NCBI GenBank assembly: GCA_026387835.1
Contig: JAPLKZ010000013.1
Location: 133,874 to 165,873 of the forward strand
Length of the DNA: 32,000 nt
From: Candidatus Saganbacteria bacterium
GTDB taxonomy: Bacteria > Margulisbacteria > WOR-1 > JAKLHX01
Direction: 5' to 3'
The translations under genes were made by a program, and so were the position numbers. Each line of letters begins with the position of its first letter. The first letter of the stretch is position 1. The notes beneath the pieces were generated by a model. It saw only the letters and a list, made by a program, of their open reading frames with translations, did no database searches and was not told the origin of the DNA. Below, piece after piece: positions 26,184 through 32,000 of the stretch.

Positions 26184-27203
26184 ATGATCATTGTAATGAA
26201 GCCGGGAGCATCGGACACTGAAATAAACCATGTTATCGATAAATTAAAAGGTTATGGGTTCGGCACTCATGTTTCTAAAGGCGTTGAGCAGACGATAATA
26301 GGCGCGATAGGCGATAAGACAACGCTCCAGATAGAGACGGTCACCGTCCTGCCAGGCGTCTCAAAGATCATCCCTGTAAGAAAGCCTTATAAACTGGTGA
26401 GCAGGGAATTCCACCCGGCCGATACTCTTGTGAAGATAGGAAGAAAGTTCGAAGTGGGAGAGGGGTGTCCTGTTGCCGTGATGGCGGGGCCGTGTTCGGT
26501 GGAGAACAGGGACCAGATAATCGAGACCGCCCGTGCCGTAAAAAGTGCAGGCGCGGTCGCACTCCGCGGCGGCGCGTTCAAGCCCAGGACATCGCCGTAC
26601 AGCTTCCAGGGACTCGGAGAAGAAGGCTTGAAACTCCTTATGGAAGCCAAAAAGGACACCGGACTTCCTATTATCACGGAAGCAATGGATACAAGGGACG
26701 TGGACCTTATCGCAAAATATGCCGACGTGATACAGATCGGCGCGAGGAACATGCAGAATTTCAATCTGTTAAAAGAAGTCGGAAAGACTTCAAAGCCCGT
26801 CCTGCTTAAACGCGGGCTGTCGGCCACGATCGAAGACCTTCTCATGTCAGCTGAATACATAATGAAGGAAGGCAACAATGCGGTGATGCTTTGCGAAAGA
26901 GGGATAAGGACCTTTGAGACATACACAAGGAACACTTTGGACCTGAGCGCCGTTGCCGCGATAAAAGAATTAAGCCACCTTCCTGTGATCGTAGATCCCA
27001 GCCATGCCGTGGGCAAGTGGAGCCTGGTAGCTGCGATGAGCAAAGCCGCGGTCGCAGCCGGAGCGGACGGTCTTATCATCGAGGTCTGCCCGAGGCCGGA
27101 AGAGGCTTTATCCGACGGGGCTCAGTCTCTTACTCCTGAAAATTTTTCCAAGCTGATGAAAGAGTTGAAGACAATCGCGTCAGCTGTCGGAAGAAGCGTC
27201 TAG
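26184..27203 (+). CDS. aroF: 3-deoxy-7-phosphoheptulonate (DAHP) synthase, type I-beta, with an N-terminal ferredoxin-like regulatory domain
   Basis: It is collinear with the Thermotoga-type enzyme. Shared segments are [10 protein letters not shown]....I.....[97 protein letters not shown] and VDPSH. Confidence 0.95.
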   Translation: MIIVMKPGASDTEINHVIDKLKGYGFGTHVSKGVEQTIIGAIGDKTTLQIETVTVLPGVSKIIPVRKPYKLVSREFHPADTLVKIGRKFEVGEGCPVAVMAGPCSVENRDQIIETARAVKSAGAVALRGGAFKPRTSPYSFQGLGEEGLKLLMEAKKDTGLPIITEAMDTRDVDLIAKYADVIQIGARNMQNFNLLKEVGKTSKPVLLKRGLSATIEDLLMSAEYIMKEGNNAVMLCERGIRTFETYTRNTLDLSAVAAIKELSHLPVIVDPSHAVGKWSLVAAMSKAAVAAGADGLIIEVCPRPEEALSDGAQSLTPENFSKLMKELKTIASAVGRSV

Positions 27204-28291
27204 CCGGCGGTTACTTCCCCCGACATCTTTTTGAGCGCGGACCTCAGACTTTCGAACCCTTCTTTTTTCAAGGCGGATATTTTTACATAAGGAGCATATT
27301 TTTTCAATAAACTTTCAGGCGGGCCCTCTTTGACGAGATCCGATTTATTGAAAACGGTCAGAATGGGCTTGCCGATGGCGCCGATGTCTTCAAGCACTTT
27401 AAAGACAGAAGCTATCTGTTCCTCCAGGACCGCGCTGCTCAGGTCTACTACATGTATCAGAAAATCAGAGCCGGCGACTTCCTCAAGCGTCGCGCGGAAC
27501 GCGTCGACAAGCTGGTGCGGCAATTTCTGAATAAAACCGACGGTATCAGATAAAAGAACCGAATTATTTTCATCAAGGTATAATTTCCTTGTCGTAGTGT
27601 CGAGAGTTGCGAACAATTTATCCTCCACAAGGACACCAGCCTTTGTCAGGCTGTTGAGGAGCGTGGATTTCCCTGCGTTGGTATAACCGATGATCGATGC
27701 CATTAGGATACCGGATCCCTGCCTGTTCTTGCGCCTCATCTGCCTGGACTCCCGTATCTTTTCGATCTCCTTCTTCAGCTCGGATATCTTTTTCCTGATC
27801 TTACGCCTGTCCTCCTCGAGTTTTGTCTCTCCTGGGCCTCTCGTGCCGATGCCGCCGCCGAGACGCGACATCGCGATGCCTTTTCCGGTCAGCCTGGTCA
27901 TCATGTACTGCGACTGGGCAAGTTCGACCTGCAGCCTTCCTTCGTGGCTGTGGGCGTGCTGGGAGAAGATATCAAGTATCAGTTCGGTCCGGTCAATGAC
28001 CTTTACCCCGAGGGCTTTTTCCAGTTCCCTGACCTGCGAAGGTTTTAGTTCGTTGTCGAAAATGACAAGGTTGGAACCGGTATCGTTTATTAAAAGAAGA
28101 AGGTCATCGAGCTTGCCTTTCCCGATGAAATATTTGATATCCGGGCTCTCCCTTGGCTGCGTGACAGATCCCGTGACGCGGGCGCCGGCTGTCTCGGCAA
28201 GGTTGGAAAGCTCAAGAATAGAATCTTCTATCGGAAGTCGGTCGTTCCTGAACCGGACCCCGGCAAGGACGGCTGTTTCTTTTTTATCCAC
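27200..28291 (-). CDS. hflX: GTPase HflX
   Basis: The HflX_N region is [12 protein letters not shown]....[12 protein letters not shown]. The G1 motif is [13 protein letters not shown]3 is DTVGF and G4 is NKSD. The start is GTG with no SD. Its stop shares the tetranucleotide CTAG with the aroF stop. Confidence 0.92.
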   Translation of the reverse strand: MDKKETAVLAGVRFRNDRLPIEDSILELSNLAETAGARVTGSVTQPRESPDIKYFIGKGKLDDLLLLINDTGSNLVIFDNELKPSQVRELEKALGVKVIDRTELILDIFSQHAHSHEGRLQVELAQSQYMMTRLTGKGIAMSRLGGGIGTRGPGETKLEEDRRKIRKKISELKKEIEKIRESRQMRRKNRQGSGILMASIIGYTNAGKSTLLNSLTKAGVLVEDKLFATLDTTTRKLYLDENNSVLLSDTVGFIQKLPHQLVDAFRATLEEVAGSDFLIHVVDLSSAVLEEQIASVFKVLEDIGAIGKPILTVFNKSDLVKEGPPESLLKKYAPYVKISALKKEGFESLRSALKKMSGEVTAG

Positions 28292-28298
28292 TGTATAA

Positions 28299-28327
28299 AG
28301 TCTAATTCAATTCAGAGGTATATTCAA
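28299..28327 (-). promoter_or_regulatory. Candidate sigma-70-type promoter for hflX at leaderless spacing
   Basis: On the - strand, TTGAAT (28327-28322) is followed by a 17-nt spacer and TAGACT (28304-28299). Seven more nt lead to the GTG start at 28291. No SD is present. Confidence 0.25.
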
Positions 28328-28364
28328 GCTAAGATTAAGACAGTGAAATTATGGTGAGCGGTAT

Positions 28365-30539
28365 CTATTGACCGGCTGAGCGTCTCAAAGCCTCTATAAA
28401 AAAATCTTTGAAGACTGGCGGCTGCTGCAGACCGGACCAGCGTTCTCTCATATGCTTCAGTATGAACTGCATCGTATAGGCCCTGACCTCCTGGGAAGTC
28501 GGGATATTGACAAGTTCCTTTACAAGCTGCCGGCAATCATCATATCTCAGGTTCCTGGCAATGTGTTTTACCTCGATCACCGATATGCTTGGGACGTCTA
28601 CGGAATTCATTCCCATGCCGATGAGTATAGGCAGCGAGATCCATTCGGTAGGCAGGTCACCGCACACACCGGTAATTTTATTATGTGCCATGCCCGCATC
28701 AAAAACCCTCGTGTAATTTGACAGCACATCCGGATGAAGCTCATCCCACCTTGCCAAAGCAGCAGGATCTCTGGTCTCTCTCTGGATGCCGAGAGTATAC
28801 GCTGTCATATCATTACTTCCGATTTTCATGAAATCTGCGGCCTGGGCTATTTCACCGGCGTTCCTTGCGCCCTCGGGATTCTCTATGGTGGCTCCAACGA
28901 GGATTTTAGAGTTGAACGGTTTTTTCCCTATAGCCTGCATCATCTGCCTTATCACGCTTTTGCCCCATTCGAACTCTTCAAGCGTTCTGACGAACGGGAA
29001 CAATATGGCAAGGGACGGATGTTCTCCGCTGGCGATCAAAATGTGTCTTATCTGCTCTTCGAACAGGTTGTTGAGCGTGGGCACTTTCCTGCAAAGGCCT
29101 ATACCTCTCTCAGGGAGATTTTCGTCAAAAGGTCTGAACTTCAGATATTTGCCTCCGCCAAGGTCTAAAGTTCTTATAACGGTTGCAGTCTTGACATCAT
29201 CAGGAGATAATTTCATTTGTTTGGCGGTTACAAGTTTATGTTCTTCGACCTTTGTTGCCAGAGTGATGTAAAAATTGACTGCTTCTTGTTCTGTCGGACC
29301 GCTGGATTCACGGATATTTCCTGTCTTCGGGTCGCACATATAAAATTCTTCCGAGCGGATCAACCCCGGCCCGTGAACTGCTCCTGTTCCCAGCAGTTCG
29401 TCAAGTTCAGCGGATGTCCCTATGCATCCTCCTATATGGATCACTCTGCCGTCCAAGGTTAGCGTGTTTGAAAACCGTTCAAGCCCGCCCATGGCCGTAG
29501 CATAATGCCCCATCTTTCTCCGCAGCTTTCTTGCCGTATTCAGCTCATGGGGAGAAGGGTTTACGATAACAGAACCGTCCCATCCGTTCGCGATGAGCGG
29601 TGTTCCGGTCGTGATCTTCGATACGGGTATCTTGGTAATACATAAGATGCCCCTGGTCTTCCCGAGCAGTGTAGGATGGTCGTTCTTAGACCCGTTTTCG
29701 GTAAGAATGGTCGTTACATTCGGCGGAAAAGTCGCAACTTCATCCGTAGTGACGTGTTCGGACACAACGGCAACGCTCCCTTTACCGATAGAGGTAGCAA
29801 CATCGCATTGCTGTCCATACCTTGTCTTGACGACGAAATCGGCGAAATCCCTAATTTCCGAAAGACATTCCTTCGTCTTCATGTTGGAAAGCATGGCAGT
29901 TATTGCAGTTTCAACTATCTTGACGATCTCAGCCATAGCACCTTTAGTGTTCAACCGTTGATTCTTGATAAGGACTGTCCCTTTGCTTGTGACCATGGGA
30001 TCGTCACAGATAGAGATAAGGACATCGAGGAATGAAGCAGCTTGTTGCAGATTAGCATCTTTTTTCATGGCATCATATGATGCGTTAAGCTTTGCTTTGC
30101 CCCTCTGCAAAGCATCTATGAAAAACTTCAGTTCCTGGTCCGCATCTTCATCCGGTCCGAGCTTGTTTTCCTTTGGTATCAATGCGCTTATTTCTCTCTG
30201 TATTACAAAAGCAGGCACTATATCCAGTCTTGCCAGTCCTGAAGTGCTTCCCCTAAAAATGGCGGACTGTGTTTTCAATCCCACGGTTGTAGACACAAAA
30301 GCCAGGGCATTCTCTAAATTCCGGTCCACGTTATCAGGGAGCTTTATCCTGCCGAGGACATCCTCGCCCGCATTTTTCGCGAACAGTTTTGGGTCAAAAT
30401 ATCTGCTTGTCAGGCCGATCTCGTGCAATCTCCTGACGCCTAAACGGTGCAGCCCTAAAACTTTTGAGGCTTGCCTTAAAGTACCAAAACTCAAAGGGAC
30501 CCGTTTTTGAGATACTTGCAAGCTTATATCAATTGGCAA
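28365..30539 (-). CDS. Divergent PEP-utilising enzyme related to PTS Enzyme I (PtsI/PtsP-like), with an N-terminal extension
   Basis: A by-eye alignment to E. coli EI covers the following pairs:
- GLIRSEEFYM vs GLYRTEFLFM
- IRTLDLGGGK vs RTMDIGGDK
- LAILFPFVRTLEEF vs LRIMFPMIISVEEV
- GATIENPEGA vs GVMVETPAAA
- DFMKIGSNDMTAYTLG vs DFFSIGTNDLTQYTL
- GVCGDLP vs GMCGELAGD
- LIGMGMNSVDV vs LLGMGLDEFSM
- swivel-domain His in TENGSKNDHPTLLGKTRGI vs DAGGRTSHTSIMARSLEL
The preferred start is TTG 30539, preceded by AAAGGAGA plus 7 nt. The ORF stays open up to TTG 30575. Confidence 0.8.
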   Translation of the reverse strand: MPIDISLQVSQKRVPLSFGTLRQASKVLGLHRLGVRRLHEIGLTSRYFDPKLFAKNAGEDVLGRIKLPDNVDRNLENALAFVSTTVGLKTQSAIFRGSTSGLARLDIVPAFVIQREISALIPKENKLGPDEDADQELKFFIDALQRGKAKLNASYDAMKKDANLQQAASFLDVLISICDDPMVTSKGTVLIKNQRLNTKGAMAEIVKIVETAITAMLSNMKTKECLSEIRDFADFVVKTRYGQQCDVATSIGKGSVAVVSEHVTTDEVATFPPNVTTILTENGSKNDHPTLLGKTRGILCITKIPVSKITTGTPLIANGWDGSVIVNPSPHELNTARKLRRKMGHYATAMGGLERFSNTLTLDGRVIHIGGCIGTSAELDELLGTGAVHGPGLIRSEEFYMCDPKTGNIRESSGPTEQEAVNFYITLATKVEEHKLVTAKQMKLSPDDVKTATVIRTLDLGGGKYLKFRPFDENLPERGIGLCRKVPTLNNLFEEQIRHILIASGEHPSLAILFPFVRTLEEFEWGKSVIRQMMQAIGKKPFNSKILVGATIENPEGARNAGEIAQAADFMKIGSNDMTAYTLGIQRETRDPAALARWDELHPDVLSNYTRVFDAGMAHNKITGVCGDLPTEWISLPILIGMGMNSVDVPSISVIEVKHIARNLRYDDCRQLVKELVNIPTSQEVRAYTMQFILKHMRERWSGLQQPPVFKDFFIEALRRSAGQ

Positions 30540-30703
30540 TTTAAGTCTCCTTTCGTCATTGGTAAAAGTGTTCAATACCCATCTGTGTATATATCGTTAA
30601 TATTATTGGACGATTTCAGTGATTTTGGGGTTGAATTAAAAATGGATAAGGTCAAGTTCAGGAAATAGTCAGGTAAGATTATGATTTGTAGGTAAGGGGT
30701 TGA

Positions 30704-31711
30704 TCAATCCTCATCTTTTAATTGGCGGTTCATAAGGTCGAGTATGGCCTGTTTGGGGTCTTTGCCTTCAAAGAGGACGTTTTTTACCTCGCTTGCTATC
30801 GGCATCTCGATCTTGAGTCTCTTGGCAAGCTCTATGGAAGAGATGACCGTTTCCACACCTTCAGGGACACCACTCATCAAACTCAATATCTCATTAAGCT
30901 TTTTTCCCTTTGCGATCTCTACTCCTACGTGATGGTTCCTCGACAGGTCGCTCTGGCATGTAGTTATAAGATCACCGATCCCTGAAAGGCCGGAAAAAGT
31001 TTCTTTTTTTGCCCCGGCGGCAATGCCAAGCCTGGTAATCTCTGCCATCCCGCGTATGATCAGAGCTGATTTAGCGTTATTGCCCAGGGAAAGGCCGTCG
31101 CAGATACCGGCAGCTATCGCTATGACATTTTTCAGCGCACCGCCGAGCTCGACACCTATCAGATCGTTGCTGGTATAGACCCTGAAAGAAGGGCTTGACA
31201 ATACTTGCTGAAAATAGGCGGAGAGTTTTTTATCCCTGCTTGCCACAACAGACGCAGCGGGCAGTCCGGTGGCGATCTCTTTTGAAAGGTTCGGACCCGA
31301 AATGACCGCAACGACTTTTATCCCGAGTTCTTTTTCTATTATCTGCGACGGCCGGTCAAGCGTCTTTTTCTCAATGCCTTTCGCGGCGCTGAGAAATTTC
31401 ATATTTTTCGGGACGATCCTCTGTTCGGCCGCCGCTATAAGCACATTCCTCAGATATTTTGTCGGTATCGCGCAGATGACGTATCCGTCTTTGATCAGGA
31501 CATCCTCAAGATCATCGGACGCCGAAATATTTTTGTTGAGCTTTACTCCCGGGAGGAATATCTTGTTCTCGTTATTGTTGTTAATGTCATCAGCGGTCCC
31601 TTTTTCAAAAGTCCAGATCTTAACGCTAAGACCGTTCTTTGCGAGCATGTTCGCAAGAGTCGTTCCCCAGGCGCCGGCGCCGAGCACAGCAATATATTTC
31701 ATATCTTTCAT
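30704..31711 (-). CDS. gpsA: NAD(P)H-dependent glycerol-3-phosphate dehydrogenase
   Basis: Motifs are IAVLGAGAWGTTLA..LA.NG, GPN.SKEIA..LPAA.V.AS, GALKNVIAIAAGI.DGL.LG.N.K.ALI.RG..E..RLG, GLSG.GDLI.TC and SRN. An ATGA overlap joins it to the plsY stop. Confidence 0.95.
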   Translation of the reverse strand: MKDMKYIAVLGAGAWGTTLANMLAKNGLSVKIWTFEKGTADDINNNNENKIFLPGVKLNKNISASDDLEDVLIKDGYVICAIPTKYLRNVLIAAAEQRIVPKNMKFLSAAKGIEKKTLDRPSQIIEKELGIKVVAVISGPNLSKEIATGLPAASVVASRDKKLSAYFQQVLSSPSFRVYTSNDLIGVELGGALKNVIAIAAGICDGLSLGNNAKSALIIRGMAEITRLGIAAGAKKETFSGLSGIGDLITTCQSDLSRNHHVGVEIAKGKKLNEILSLMSGVPEGVETVISSIELAKRLKIEMPIASEVKNVLFEGKDPKQAILDLMNRQLKDED

Positions 31712-32000
31712 CCAAAAAGCTTTATTTTGTTCTCTGTTCCGTTCAGCAGTCTTTTTATATTAGGAATATGTTTATAGATGATGAAAATCGTGAGTATCAG
31801 TATCCCCCATGCATAGGGGGCTGGTCTGCCGGTAGTGAACATCATAATAGAAAGCAATATAGAACCGGTGATCGAAGCAACAGACACATAACCGGAAGCA
31901 GCAATAATGCCGATCCCCAGAATGAAAGATAATATGAAAAGGTATGGCGATATAGCGAAGACGGCGCCGAGCCCGGTCGCGACACCTTTCCCGCCTTTGA
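31708..32000 (-). CDS. plsY: Glycerol-3-phosphate acyltransferase PlsY (3' portion; the 5' end is outside the window)
   Basis: The - strand frame is open to the window edge. It reads KGGKGVATGLGAVFAISPYLFILSFILGIGIIAASGYVSVASITGSILLSIMMF....YKHIPNIKRLLNGTENKI, the PlsY C-terminal signature. The plsY-gpsA synteny is conserved. Confidence 0.9.
   Translation of the reverse strand, partial: KGGKGVATGLGAVFAISPYLFILSFILGIGIIAASGYVSVASITGSILLSIMMFTTGRPAPYAWGILILTIFIIYKHIPNIKRLLNGTENKIKLFG

Noticed and set aside
1-32000. I looked for CRISPR arrays, tRNA or rRNA genes, transposases, integrases, toxin-antitoxin pairs and defence-system gene sets.
   Set aside because: No spacer-repeat periodicity was found. 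No intergenic region is longer than 128 nt, and there is no cloverleaf-capable segment. Every ORF longer than about 100 aa on the coding strand has a housekeeping, flagellar or envelope assignment. The only candidate for foreign DNA is the EI-like gene reported above.

Overview
The window is a dense, almost fully coding stretch of a bacterial chromosome. About 27 genes run co-directionally on the + strand (1-27203), many joined by ATGA/GTGA-type overlaps. Four genes on the - strand follow (27200-32000). No rRNA, tRNA, CRISPR array, transposase or integrase was seen.

Content in order:
- A flagellar basal-body and export block: flgI (5' partial), a rod-binding FlgJ-like gene, fliA, flgB, flgC, fliE, fliF, a short fliG-like gene, fliH and fliI.
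- Housekeeping genes: glyS, an INS-less proS, a PfkB kinase, a class II aldolase-like gene, relA/spoT, holB, PSP1/yaaT, a HIT-family gene and rpsU.
- An envelope block: an LptF/G-family permease, a 797-aa TPR protein, a GT4 glycosyltransferase, galE, a GT28 MGDG-synthase/UgtP-like gene and an SLH-domain beta-barrel outer-membrane protein.
- birA, an AroH chorismate mutase and a type I-beta DAHP synthase.
- On the - strand: hflX, a divergent Enzyme-I-like PEP-utilising protein, gpsA and plsY (partial).

The P-ring gene, the Lpt permease and the SLH-anchored porin together indicate an LPS-bearing diderm of the Terrabacteria type, such as Negativicutes, Halanaerobiales or the cyanobacteria-related candidate phyla. 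This placement is an inference.

Most of the window is ordinary core genome, and I do not see a clear new multi-gene system. The most unusual items are:
1. A low-GC, spacer-flanked, orphan EI/PtsI-like gene with an N-terminal HTH-like extension and an altered phospho-histidine motif.
2. A half-length FliG that lacks the whole torque-generating C-terminal domain.
3. A ProRS whose editing (INS) domain is replaced by a Cys-x2-C...C-x2-C linker.
4. Several SD-less operon-initial genes preceded by -10-like boxes at leaderless spacing.
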